DNA of 64,000 nucleotides from Octopus sinensis (lineage: Eukaryota). Where the stretch lies: positions 59,458,001-59,522,000 of the forward strand of contig NC_043002.1 of the NCBI RefSeq assembly GCF_006345805.1, read 5' to 3'. Of this stretch, positions 25,652-39,847 are shown piece by piece (the stretch's first letter is position 1; each line of letters starts with the position of its first letter). The notes beneath the pieces are model-generated. The model saw nothing but the letters and a program-made list of their open reading frames with translations. It ran no database searches and was not told the origin of the DNA. A program made the position numbers and the translations under genes.

Positions 25652-26372
25652 TTTAAGTACGTATATATAATTAAATTCACTACGTTAATCGTTTTGACTT
25701 CGTGTCATTTTCAGATCCAATTCATTATGACTTGGAATTGAAGCAACTGATGTAATTTTTAATGGACAAAACTAGAACTTACTCTTTGTACTATGTAGTG
25801 AAAGTAACTCTTTTCGATTGAACCATTTCGACAAAGATTTGATCGTATAACACATTGAATGTTGACACTAGGTAAAAGAAACTTCAAAGATTTATTCAAA
25901 AATATTTGGTTTTCGATATTTATATAATGAAGTTGAAATAATCTATATTAAAACAGCAATAACATAGCGGTTAGCATAAATATATGATAATTATTAAGAA
26001 CAAAATTAATTTCAAAATTCTTAATGCCAATTAGTTCAAAGATGGCAAAAACTCGAAATGAGAAGTAGTTAGACAGCTGACAACTGATAAAGGGTCGTTC
26101 TCTGTGTTTACTTATCCGGCTTCCCATTTTTTCTCTCGTTCTATATATATATATAGTAGGAATTTACAAAAAGAAAATCAAAACAAATGACGAAGACGGG
26201 TGTGTAAACAACAAACGGATGTATTAGTTTAACACTCAGAAAGTGGGAAAGTCTTTTACATTTCGAGCCTACGCTCTGCGAAAGAAAGGAACAGACATAA
26301 GCAGGGAGAAAAACGTGAAATAAAATAAAAAGGGAGAGAATACATACATACATACATACATACATACATACA

Positions 26373-26406
<34 letters not shown>

Positions 26407-26416
26407 CATACATACA

Positions 26417-26978
26417 TAGTGGGTCGAATGTCCTATTATGGCCATTCCTTATATTGTTGAACGTATATTATATAGTCTTTGACTATCTTTTCACTCTCAC
26501 TAGACCGCTGGTAGAGGAGAATTTTTTCTAGAATCTTTTTCTACCCTTATATTTATTAATTAATTATTTTTGGGCTAATTTTGAAGTCAAATCAGCAGTC
26601 TATATTTGCTGCTGAGAAGACCGCTCGGTTGCGGTAGATTTTGAAAATTTAGAGCATATAGACTGGAGGCTTCTTTACCATCGCCTCGTGGATATATACT
26701 TGTCCTTGGCTTCTCTGCTGACGAGACACGCCAGTTGTAAATAAATTTAATTTAATTTAATTAATTTGTTTACCAAAGTTTGTCGAAACTATGCATAGTC
26801 CAGAGATGAAAGGGGTAAACGTTTTTATTTCTCTTTCAATTTCAAAATTACAACTATTTAGCGGTTTGAGTTTGGCTGCTCTTTCTAGTGAGTCGAATGT
26901 CCTATTATGGCCATTCCTTATATTGTTGAATGTATATTATATAGTCTTTGACTATCTTTTCTTTCTCGCTAGACCGCT
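26417..26978 (+). mobile_element. Retrozyme-like or Penelope-terminal-repeat-like unit, 469-bp period (1.2 copies)
   Basis: 93-nt direct repeats at 26417-26509 and 26886-26978 (5 mismatches) flank a non-coding, highly structured interior with an intact hammerhead. Embedded between (ATAC)n and (TA)n tracts. Confidence 0.7.
26712..26806 (+). ncRNA. Intact type I hammerhead ribozyme
   Basis: Stem I TCTCTG (26712-17)/CAGAGA (26801-06), 6 bp perfect. CTGACGA (26718-24). Stem II GACA/TGTC plus an 11-bp AT-rich extension (26725-84). GAAA (26785-88). Stem III CTAT/ATAG. GTC triplet with predicted cleavage after C26800. Confidence 0.9.
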
Positions 26979-26995
26979 AATATTAATATATATAT

Positions 26996-27099
<104 letters not shown>

Positions 27100-27329
27100 A
27101 TATATAGTTAATTAAAAAGACGAAGTAAAAGCACCAAGAGAAAAAGCAAACACGTGAGGACGTGGCATATGCAAAGTATTAAGAAGCTCAGCGAAGGAAA
27201 AGATTGGTTGTTTTACGTTTCGGGCAAAGCTCTTTTTCGGAAACAGCAGACATAGGATAGTCGAAAGAAAAGGAAGAAACAGGAAAAAACCGCCAACAGA
27301 CCCCATGTAGCTAGATTTATATCATAGGT

Positions 27330-27685
27330 ACAGGTGTGGGCGTGTTGTAAGCAGCTTTCTCGGTTCAGTGTGCCACTGCGTGATACTTCTAAGTGGATTT
27401 GGTAAACGGAAACTGAAAGAAGCCCGTCATATATATATATATGTGTGTGTGTGCGTATGTGTGTGTTTCTACCTGTGTTTGTCTCAACCACCGATCGACA
27501 GCAGGTATTGGTGTGTCTACGTCCTTGTAATTCAGTGGTTCGGCAAAAGAGACATAAAATACGTACTAGGCTTAAGAAAAAAAACACTTGCTGGGGACGA
27601 TTCATTCGACTAAAAATTCTTGAAGGTGTTGCTGTAGCTTAGTTGCAGCCTAATGCCTGAAGCAAGTAAAAGATAAAAGTGAAAA
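27330..27685 (+). mobile_element. SINE family A copy
   Basis: Head, (TA)(TG) core, body and aagtaaaagataaaag tail match 17625-18030. Confidence 0.8.
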
Positions 27686-28542
27686 GATAATCTGCCAAAC
27701 TGATGCAATCGTGAAAGGAACCGCTCACAAATAAATCATGAGATAGGATTAGGCAGGTCCGTCTCGGTGTTAAAATACGACAATTTACGAAAGAGCCAAT
27801 AGGAAATATAAAATTGACTTTTAAAGGCGAACATTGATGGCCGTTCATACTATTCAGTATTTAAATCCAATCACTTTGACATCTTCACCTTATTCTAAAC
27901 GAGATCAACCTCTTCACAATTCAAATGTCGTAAACTTAAGATTAAATTTAGTTAATTTCAAATAGTCTCTCCACTCAGCATCACCTCTTAACCCCATTTA
28001 AAATACTCTTAATACGTCATTTATCCTCTGAATCGCTAAACCTTAAGATTATTAAGCTCAATAATTTTCGAGTGAGTCATAAACGGCTTAAACTTTAAAT
28101 TTCTTGCAATTTATGCCGTCACGAGGAGACAAGCGATGAAGAAAAACTGAAACTTTAGGTAGAATAATCTTCATTCACGCACATTTCTTAACTTTATATT
28201 CGGCTTTATTCAAAGCACCGGCTCTTATTCTATCGAATCGTTCGCAACTTTTCTTACGATGTTTACACTTTCCAACCTCTCAGCACTGCTATACTTATTA
28301 ACGAAAACATTGCGAAACCTATACAATAAAATATGTCTTCAGATGTTCTATGGTAAATAATCTCTTGGACTGAAATACCTACACCTAGTGAAAGCTTGGG
28401 AATAACTGAAACGTTTTCTAATAACTGCACTCATGTTCACTCGCAATCGTCTGGTTCGTGGTATAAAAAAGTCCCTGTTTATATGGATATAAACAATTGT
28501 AATTTGTCAGGCAGATTTGAATAATTAATTGAAGTAATATCT

Positions 28543-28830
<288 letters not shown>

Positions 28831-29279
28831 TATACCAACACCATCACGCCACACCACACACAACTACACCATACACCACCATACCACTCAACACCACATC
28901 ACATCACATCACCACGCACACAATAGCACTGACCACTTCCCAGCCTCACATCCATACACGCATACGTGAGGTCACCAGCCCTCTTCGACACGCACATGCA
29001 TGCTCTCTTATACATACACACGTACACCTTCGTTTTGGAATGACCACTACTTTATTATCTCCCCTTCTTCCTAGCTCTCCTGCGTGACTCCTCTGTCCGG
29101 CATTCGCCAGGATAGATTGCTAGCCACTACATATTCTTTATTTTCTCTCCTTGTTTCTTTCTGTGTTCCTTTCTGTGGAAGAGCGTAGGCTCGAAACGTT
29201 AGACTTAAACTAATACATCTGTTTCTTGTTTACACTACCTGACATCGTCTTTTTCTTTTTTTTTGTGAATTCTCCCGAT

Positions 29280-29316
<37 letters not shown>

Positions 29317-29556
29317 ACATATTTACATATATACGTATTTACTTAGACACATACACACACATATATATATATATAACTAAAGGGGAAATTGGAAATTGAT
29401 ATTATTTACATGTTTGTGTGTAAGTATATATATATAACGGGAAGCTTTATGAAAATAGACAAAAGACGTATACACATACACATTCAATATAGGTGTGTGT
29501 ATGAGTGTATATCTATATCTATATATATATAATATACATATATATATATATATATT

Positions 29557-29601
<45 letters not shown>

Positions 29602-30094
29602 GTATACACATACATATATGAAAAATAACCAAAATATATATGCACATAACCAGTCCTAAGAATTGCTTATTCATTAGTCTTAGAGTAAAATGTTGTTTAA
29701 GTACAAAACGTATTAATAATCAAAGGATGACAAGAGAACAAGTCTCAAGCCATCAACTTCATTATCTTCAAACAGTTCTTGATGTAAGAAACTGCGCACT
29801 CAGAACTGACTGTCTCTGTGATATCCTGTAGCTCGCTCGGAGCTAGTGACCTCTGCTCCCCTCTTATTCGTTATTTCATTAATATATGTATATGTATGAA
29901 ATCGGCGGGCTGGCGTAATCGTTAGCACACCGAGTACTATGCTTAGGTGCATTTCGTCCGAGTTCAAATTACGTCGGAATCGACTTTGCCTTTTGCCATA
30001 TCGGGGTCGATAAAATAAGTACCTGTCAGATAATGAGATCGATGTAACCGACTTACACCCCTCTCCCAAAGGGGTATATATATATATATATTGT

Positions 30095-30470
30095 GGAAGC
30101 GAAATGGCCCATTGGTTAGGGCAGCGGACTCGCAGTCGTAGGATCGATTACCAGACAGTGTCCTGTGAGTTTTTATTGAGCGAAAATACCTAAATCACCA
30201 TGAGGCTCCGGCAGATTGTGTTGGTGAATCCTAACGTACACTTTCATCACAACTTTCTCTCACTCTTTCTTCCTGTTTCTAGTGTACCTGTATTTCAAAG
30301 GGCCGGCCTCATCACTCTCCGTGTCACACTGAATCTCCCCGAGAACTATGTTAAGGGTACACGTGTCTGTGGAGTGCTCTCCACTTGCACGTTAATTTCA
30401 CGGGCAGGCTGTTCCGTTGATCGGATCAACTAGAACACTCATCGTTGCAACCGACGGAGTGCCACGATAT
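30095..30470 (+). mobile_element. SINE family C copy
   Basis: gaagcgaaatggcccattggttagggcagcggactcgcagtcgtaggatcg head. Body and tail end in gcaaccgacggagtgcca. Confidence 0.85.
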
Positions 30471-30514
30471 GTACATACACACATAATATATAATATGGAT
30501 ATATATATATATGG

Positions 30515-30595
<81 letters not shown>

Positions 30596-31991
30596 CATTA
30601 TTTCTATATAGTTTTGTATATATATATATGCAGTTGAAATTTACAGAAAAACAAAAGACAAAGGTGTGCAAACAACAAGCAGGTGTTTTAGTTTGACGCT
30701 GGAGATTGTGAGAAAGTCTTTTATGTTTCGAGCTTAGGCTCTTTAGCAGGGAACATGATGAAACAAACAGGGAGAGAATAAAAAACAGAACAAAAAAACT
30801 TCAGGAGCTAGCAGTCATATATATAGCTCTCTCCATTATTTTCCCTCTCAATCTTTCTGTCGAAGAACGTAGGTTCTTAAGTCAAATTCATCCATTCTTC
30901 CCACGCGTTAAACTAATACACATGCCTGTTGTTCCCTCATCTGTCTTTGTCTTATGTTTTTCGTAAATTTGAACTCTCTTTCTCTCTCTCTCCCCTCTCC
31001 CCCCTCTCTCTCTCCCATCTCCCCCTCTCTCTCTATATATATATATCTGTCTATCTATATTTATATATACGCAAGCACGTATAAACACGATATAAAATGT
31101 GCCACCTACTAGCTGTAGCCTGTCTTCTTTTGTTGTCGTTAAGTAGTAAATATATCTTATCAGACTGCTTCAGTTATGAACTTGTAAGAAGATGATTGTC
31201 TCACTCCATGTAACACATTTGGACTTACGTCTTACCATCCTTAATTTATAATATATCAGTATACACACACTCTACACACACGCACACACACACACACACA
31301 CAACACGCTCGAACGTATATCACCAATCATTTACGTGTATTTATATATATTCACAAATACGCAAACACTTATAGATAATTGCGTGTTTGTAAATGTATAC
31401 CCGTATAGAAATCTGTTTGGGGGTCTATATATAGATATAATATATGACTGTTTACAGTGCTCATGACTCGTCTGAACATATATGCGCCCTACAACTAATG
31501 GCTTACATTAGTACTTATCCACATATAGTACACATCCACATATACAAACACTTGATTACGTAGAACGAATGAAACCACATGCACGCAATCCACATTCAAC
31601 TTTAAAAGGTTCATATATACAAACAAAATGTATAACTGTCCTTTTCTTCTCAATCGACATGTTTGCGATTACGCTTGTGTACATAAATACAAACGCACAT
31701 ACACACACTCACAAACACAAGTATAGACACACACATACACACGTTTGTATGTATGTATATATATTATACACATTAATAATTATATATATATATATATATC
31801 ATATGATAGAACAATAATGAGGATAATAAAAATAATAATAATGATGATAAAAATAATGATAATAAGAAAAATATTAATAATAATGATATATATATATATT
31901 ATACATATTAAAAATTATATATATATCACATAATAAAATTAACAATAATAATAATAATGATAGTAAAAATGATAATAAAAATCTAATAATA

Positions 31992-32028
<37 letters not shown>

Positions 32029-32054
32029 TATAATAATAATAATAATAATAATAA

Positions 32055-32617
32055 ATGCCCTGATGCCGTAGTACCAGGCAGTGGCTCTCATGGCTTCTGA
32101 TCTTAACTGATTGGAAGTGTTATCATGTACATTGTTTTGTCTTGGTATAAAAGATGGGCTACAGCAAATATTCTGCTCAATACCACAGATTTGCTTGTCG
32201 TTGTTTGACCTTAACCAGTTGAGCATGTCCCTTAGTGGCGCTGACGATATGTGCATCTCTGATCACGAGCAGAAGTAGTGGGGGAGCATCATAGCCATGT
32301 GTTGAGAGGGATTCTTTTGGGGTTTGAATAGTTCACCTCTGGAAACATGGGGTGTCTTTCAACATCCTTAAACAACCCTTATTCAGGGACCGTTTGAGCG
32401 GGATGGGCTACGGGATGGGCTCTCAACTGAAAAACCAATTCTAAACTGGCCCCACCGCAAGGTCATGTGCTGTTTATCTTGATATGAGATCATCATGTCG
32501 CGCACATATGGTTGTGATGCATGTGCCTGGTGTACCTTTTGACGGGTAGTCATGATGGGTATATTGGGCTCGTAATTTACCCCGTGTCACTTGATGGCAT
32601 GAACTGCTCTCTCACTC
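32055..32617 (+). mobile_element. ~560-bp non-coding interspersed element (family D) inserted in (AAT)n
   Basis: Near-identical reverse-complement copy at 52990-53547. Both copies have (AAT)n on each side on the same strand. No Pol III boxes, TIRs or ORF seen. Confidence 0.85.
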
Positions 32618-32656
<39 letters not shown>

Positions 32657-33012
32657 TAATAATAATATAATAATAATGATAACAATAATAATAATATATA
32701 TACAAACATATATAAAAACAAAAAATATATATATGATATGTTTGTACAGGTAATCACACATATATATGTTTCAATTAGAATTAACGATTCTACTCTGGCA
32801 ACTGTTGACATCGAATCGCTACCGCGTCTCGGTGAATCTTAATTGGTATAAAATGTAAATAGGAAAAGAAAAGAATCTAACTTAACTTTGTTGACGTTGG
32901 AATATTGAAGCCAATTTTACCATAATTTTCTATATTTACATACATATATACATATATGTATGTATGCACACACATACATACACATATATATGAGTATATA
33001 CGTATATATGAG

Positions 33013-33043
<31 letters not shown>

Positions 33044-33369
33044 GATGTAAATATACACATACACATATGTATCTATGTATACAACACACACACACACATA
33101 CACACGCACACACACACACATATTATATATATGTATGTATGTGTGTGTGTATGTATATATATATATTACACCTACTGAACTTTCGGTTCTAGTCACATTG
33201 CGGGCATGTCATATGAAGTCAAATAAACGCGATGTATATGTGAATTATACATACATTAATACACATGTACACACAATCGCACATAATACGCACATGTACC
33301 CCCAAAGCTAACATATAAATATACATGGATATTGTCATGTCTATATAAACGCACATTCTTACGCATAAA

Positions 33370-33555
33370 GGCGGCGAGCTGGCAGAAATGTTAGCACGCC
33401 GGGTGAAATGTTTAGCTGTATTTCGTCTGTCCTTACGTTCTGAGTTCAAATTCCGAATTTCAGGGTCGACAAATTAAGTACCACTTGCGTATTGGGGTCG
33501 ATCTACTCGACTGGCTACCTCCCACAAAATTTCGGGCCTTGTGCCTAGAGTAGAA
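33370..33555 (+). mobile_element. SINE family B copy
   Basis: ggcggcgagctggcagaaatgttagcacgccggg...ttctgagttcaaattcc head, tail cgggccttgtgcctagagtagaaaag. Confidence 0.85.
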
Positions 33556-33586
33556 AAGAGTCTTACATATATCTACAAAACCCCAT

Positions 33587-33619
<33 letters not shown>

Positions 33620-34189
33620 ATATATATTATGTACACACACATACACACACACACATGTATATATATGTATATATATATGAATATATATGAAATATATGAA
33701 TACATAATTTTATACACGCATTCAATTTATATGCGTATAAATACGTTTGTATAATATACACGTACACACATTTACTTTTTATACAGTAACACATAAACAA
33801 ACACACAAATTCAAACCCCCACACCCCACACTACACACACACACACACCACACATATATACCTATACATGCATGCATAATTCGTACACACACTCCTATCC
33901 ATGCAAAACTATGAACAGGTACCAATGGAAAGCGTGTACTCCGCGTCATATTTTTTGAATACACACAAATATAATCGTGTTTCTAAAACCCCAAACAGCG
34001 GTGGTTACTTGTCTATAGTAAGCTATGGGGAACATGATTAACAAGTTGGACTAAAAAATTTAAGAATGAAGGAGGAAACTTAGAAAACCAATAAGAAATA
34101 TGAGAGATTATATTCCCTGCAAGCTATAACGTGACAAACGTTATATATATATTCAACAAGTAAGGATGCGTTTTTGTTTATAAGTTTGC

Positions 34190-34410
34190 TCTCAGAACCG
34201 TTAGCACGCCGGGCGAAATGCGTAACCGTATTTCGTCTGCCATTACGTTCTGAGTTCAAATTCCACCGAGGTCGACTTTGCCTTTCATCCTTTCGGGGTC
34301 GATAAATAAAGTACCAGTTTCGCACTGGGGTCGATGTAATCGACTTAATCCGTTTGTCTGTCCTTGTTTATCCCCTCTGTGTTTAGCCCCTTGTGGGCAG
34401 TAAAGAAATA
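34190..34410 (+). mobile_element. SINE family B copy
   Basis: Core gtcgactttgcctttcatcctttcggggtcgataaataaagtaccag and tail tagccccttgtgggcagtaaagaaat. Confidence 0.85.
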
Positions 34411-34442
34411 TATCTATCTATCTGTTTGTCTGTCTGTCTCGC

Positions 34443-34492
<50 letters not shown>

Positions 34493-34807
34493 AAAACATA
34501 CAGACATACACACACATGCACGTTCATATGTGTGTGTGTGTATGTGTATACGTCTTTATGCTTGTGTTTGCCCCTACTACTTGAAAATTAGTGTTCATTT
34601 CTTAACAAAGAATAAGTCGATTTGTTGGACACAATACTTCAAGGTAGTGTTCCGACATGGCCGCAGTCCAATAAAAAGATAAAATCACCATTAATAGTAA
34701 TAGAGCGTGTGCTTAATATCCCATATCTGTAAGACATAAATGATGATCATGTGATGAGAAATATTTACACACACACACACACATACACACACACACACAC
34801 ACACACG

Positions 34808-34846
<39 letters not shown>

Positions 34847-36093
34847 TGTGCAACGAGTCATTTTATATGGATTGTTTTAAAAATAATGAGAATGAAAGTG
34901 ACATAAAGTCATATTAGAAAATATTGAAAATAAGTTACATTGGGCAGATATAACTAATCGATTGAATATATGAATGTGTGTCACGAAATGTTTTCTCATA
35001 TGGTTTTGTGAATTATTGCAAGTAATTTAAGATGTGACAGAAATTTTATTTGTAGGGAAATATCTCAACATGTATTAAAGACCATAAAAGAAATAGAGAT
35101 CGTAAAATGTAGCTTATCGATCTTTTCAATCTAATGGTATAATCTTACGGTATATTAGTATTTTTAAAATGTTGACACTTAGCAAAAAGCTCAGATCTGA
35201 CATTCAGCTAGTGTACTGATTTATTTTGTTGAAGATGAAACATTTTCCTTGTCCGCAGAAACTGCAGAATTTTGTACCATTTTTGATTGTCTGTATCTTT
35301 TGAAAATCGCCTTTGATAGTGAAATCATGTGCAGATACTTCCAAATGCCAAATATAACTGATAAGTTTTATTGCATTCCTCTTTTCTAAATTTCCGAATG
35401 TAGGAATACTGTTAATGTATAGTTGGTTGTATTTCCTTTCCGTTTTTGGTTTTACCAATAGAGTTTAAGTTTCACTTGGTAAGTAACTGTATATAACCAT
35501 ATGAAGGTTTTCATGTGATTAAAGTGGCATGTATTTGTACTCATAGATTTCCATATTAGTGTTGTAACTACCGCTCGTTTTAATTTAATTTCTAAATAAC
35601 ACATCTACTTCCTCCACAATTTTACTCCAGCGTGAATCATTCCGACCTCGATAGCCCCTGTCATTTATACCGTCAAGTCTTAATGATAATTCCCTTCGCT
35701 CATTACGATACAAAAATGCACATAATGCTACACAGGAAGGCTTAAAATAACAGACTAACAATTCGCATATTTGTCTGATATTTGCGTCCGGAATTAAGTT
35801 TCTGTTGTTTAATGCGTCTTTAGTATTCTGAGACAAGACATCTCAACTGGATTCTATTATATATCACTCAGGAATTACATCATTGGATATTTACACTGTA
35901 CAAAACGTGTTAGGAACTCGTTGAAACATCCTCAATCTATGTATGTGCATAAACACACACAGATATACACACACAAACACTCACACACACACACACGCAC
36001 ACACACATATATATATATATTGTTCATTTAAATGAAGTCGCATGAAACGATCGTGCTGCATTACCTCTGGAGATCCTTGTTGCTTATTTTGAT

Positions 36094-36154
<61 letters not shown>

Positions 36155-36212
36155 CTATATACATACATACATCACACACACACCACATATATATGTGTGT
36201 GTGTGTGTGTGT

Positions 36213-36715
36213 GAGGCGCAATGGCCCAATGGTTAGGGAAGCGGACTCGTGGTCGTAGGATCGTGGTTTCGATTCCCAGACCGGGCATTGTGAACGTTTA
36301 TTGAGCGAAAGCACCTAAAGGTCCACGGGGCTCTGGCAGGAGGTGGTGGTGAACCCTGCCGTACTCTTTTACCACAACTTTCTCTCACTCTTTCTTCCTG
36401 TTTCTGTTGTACCTGTATTTCAAAGGCCAGCCTTGTCACACTCGTTGTCACGCTGAATCTCCCCGAGAATTATGTTAAGGGTACACGTGTCTGTGGAGTG
36501 CTCAGCCACTTACACGTTCATAAATGAGCTGCGACGTCACTGGTGCCGAGCTGTGTCGGCCCTTGCCTTTCCCTTGGATAACATCAGTGGCGTGGAGAGG
36601 GGAGGCTGGTATGCATGGGCGGCTGCTGGCCTTCCATAAACTACCTTGCCCGGACTTGTGCCTTGGAGGGTGACTTTCTGGGTGCAATCCCCTGGTCATT
36701 CCTGAACGAAGGAGT
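36213..36715 (+). mobile_element. SINE family C copy with alternative 3' tail
   Basis: Same head and body as 30095-30470 up to ...cagccacttacacgtt, then an unrelated ~195-nt GC-rich tail. Confidence 0.8.
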
Positions 36716-36731
36716 GCACACACAATATATA

Positions 36732-36841
<110 letters not shown>

Positions 36842-36844
36842 TAG

Positions 36845-37340
36845 CTGCTTTCTCGTATACGAGCAAAGCCATTGCTAGAAAGAATCGCTGAAATGGGTCA
36901 TTGTTGTTGATGCAATGTAAGGCCCTTGTGTAACTCTTGTTACAGCTGTGCTGGCTTTATACAACAGACACCACAGTATGAATTCTTTTTTGACATGCCT
37001 TTTCAATCCTCCCACCACTTAAAGGTACATCTTTCCACAATTTGCACATGTGCTGTTGTGAGCAACAGTCATATCACAATTTGACATGGGTAGATACCTA
37101 TGAGTTCTCTAATTGCTAACTAGGCCCGCACAACTCAAAAAACTCCCTCCTCAAAACACACACACAAATCGCAGCACTCCCACATTTTCCACAAGTTAAT
37201 TCCTTGTAACCCTTCTCTTGATCTTCTCCTGCTTCATTTTCTCTCTTTCAAACCTCAAACAACCACTGTGAACTCATTCATTCTACATTTCTACTACCAC
37301 TTTTCTCAAGTACCCCCCACACATCCATGATGGCCATTTC
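36845..37340 (-). mobile_element. Decayed RTE-type LINE 3' end
   Basis: The minus strand carries degenerate C2H2-like segments (TCANCGKMYL*VVGGLKRHVK) and a 3' end ...gctcgtatacgagaaagcagcta resembling RTE termini. Family assignment is tentative. Confidence 0.4.
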
Positions 37341-37604
37341 CATAATATTTCATAACATGTACGTGCATACGAAGGGAATTTAAGGAGTTCCGCGCCGCAT
37401 GGCACTAAAGCACGAAACTCTTGGCCCTTGAAGCAACTTATATTTCTATCGATTAAAACTATGAAAATCTCAATGCTTTTATTTTGAATTCTACTTATAC
37501 TGTTTGTAATACCAGAACTCTCTCTCTCTATGACTGTTCTCTTTCTCTTTTACCAGGGAGCCAATACGTATACTAAAAACCTTTTAGGTAAAATTTTACA
37601 AATT

Positions 37605-37774
37605 ATTCTATAATTATATAGATAATTATATCAAGGGGTCAGCTATGTGCCTCGCTACATACTGAATTCTCGGAGATTTTTATGGGATTTAAAAAACATT
37701 AGCGTCTATTTTTAATTCAGTACGTGGCGAGGCACATAGCTGACCCCGTGTTATAATTATGTATATGATTATAG

Positions 37775-37777
<3 letters not shown>
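37605..37777. mobile_element. MITE-like foldback element
   Basis: Arms 37605-37668 and 37714-37777, with core ggggtcagctatgtgcctcgc / gcgaggcacatagctgacccc, around a 45-nt spacer. Confidence 0.7.
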
Positions 37778-37836
<59 letters not shown>

Positions 37837-38883
37837 CAGACGATATATATTGGTATGAACACTAACTCACGAGGTATCTACATTCATTCACACGCAGTTA
37901 AACAGATTCATATATGAATGCATTGAACTTTTTCTCACAATCTCTTTCTACATGTACATACACAAATATAGACACGCATACATACAGAAGAAACACACAC
38001 ATAGATACATCCACACACGCACACATATATGTGCATGAACTTATTTGTATCTTAGTACATACATACATATGCATATATATATGTGTGTATGTATTATGTA
38101 TGTACGTTTGAGTGTGAGCGTGCGAACGTGTGTAATAGAAATGTAGCAGACATTTTAACATTTTAATAAGCAGACAGCTGTCCCCGTTTTGTTCAATTAG
38201 CTTGAAATAATAAATCTTTAGCAGATAATCTGTTAAAAAATGTGTTTCAACTCCTTTTCCCTTCACACCTATACACACACACATTCTCTCACACACACAC
38301 AAGTATACAGACACACGAATACACACAAAGAAGCACACACACAAAAACACACACACACGCGCATATACACACACACACACACACGAACACACACACATTC
38401 TCTCACACACGCAAGTACACGCACACACACAGACAAATACACACGCACACACACACACACATACACGCCCACACACGCCCACATACGCACATTGAAACCT
38501 ATACATTTATATACAAGTGATTAGTACTTCAACTTTGTTTAATTGGTAGTTGATTACTTCAGTACAACAGTAGAGGAAAATAAATTTAAACCTTACAAAA
38601 AAAAAAAAAATATGGTGAAGTGAAGAAAGTGGAACTAGATGTCATAATTTACCATTGTTTACGGAAGGAACTGACAATTATTCAATTCTGGATTTCTCTT
38701 CTGGCCAATATTTAACAAGGTTGTGTTCTGTGTCTAGACTCTGTTATTAAAACGAAAGTTCTCCGCTGCCTCTTACACCACCACTCTCCCCTCTCACTCT
38801 ATCGCTATAAATATTTATGTGTGTTTGTATGTATATTTATATCTATATATAATTGTGTGCTTTATGTAAGTGTGTGTATATAA

Positions 38884-38944
<61 letters not shown>

Positions 38945-39847
38945 TATACATAGATATATATTTGTATGTGTATATACGAGGGTATATTTATATATATATA
39001 TGTATATGTATATATGTATATGTGTATATATGTATATATGTGTATGTATATAAATATATATGTATATATATATATATGTGTTTATGTATGTATGTATGTA
39101 TATATATATATGTATGTATGTATGTATGTATTTAATTTAATAGGATGCAGTTCATATTTAATCTTATCTGTTTCACTGTTCGAATTTCTCTATTGACTTA
39201 ATTAAGTAATTAATAAAACTGCCTAACTCAATAAGGAATTTAAGCACCCAACACTTACAAGTGAGTATATCGTCTTAAGTTTTATTTAAAATTCATTGCT
39301 GCTGGCCCCTCACGAAGCTATCTTCATTTTATTGCTTGATTTAACTTGAACATTTTCATACTTTCAACAGCTCTTTAAGATTTCGAGGTTTTGACCTTAC
39401 TGAGAATGATTGTTTATAAATCAACACTCGTTTTGTGTTTTGTAACTAGGGGTCAGTTTGGGGGTGAAATATAAACAATTTATGGCTATTATTTTTTGTG
39501 GTAATATGGTAGAAGGCAAGCAATTCTGCGCTTTCGGTGGCAAGACGATTAAATCTAGCCCAGAACTTGACTGGTATTTTATTTTATCGACCCCAAAGGA
39601 TGAGAGAAAAAGTTGACCGCGGTGGGATTTTAAATCAGAACATACAAAACCTGAAGAAATGCCGCTAAGTATTTGTTCGATGCACTGTTCATTTTACAAG
39701 CCCGCCGCATTAATGTTGCCGTATATTGAATTACTTTTAGATCTGTGGAAAATTACGCTGTTCTTTTTGGTTAACCCCTAAATTAAGCCCAAAGAAAAGT
39801 ATTCCATTACGGATGTTGTTTCTTATTTTCGAAATTTTTGCATTTCA

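Noticed and set aside
35204-35836. Two minus-strand ORFs of 83-84 aa in unique sequence
   Set aside because: No recognisable domain. Splice signals are only moderate and cannot be linked to the other candidate exons.
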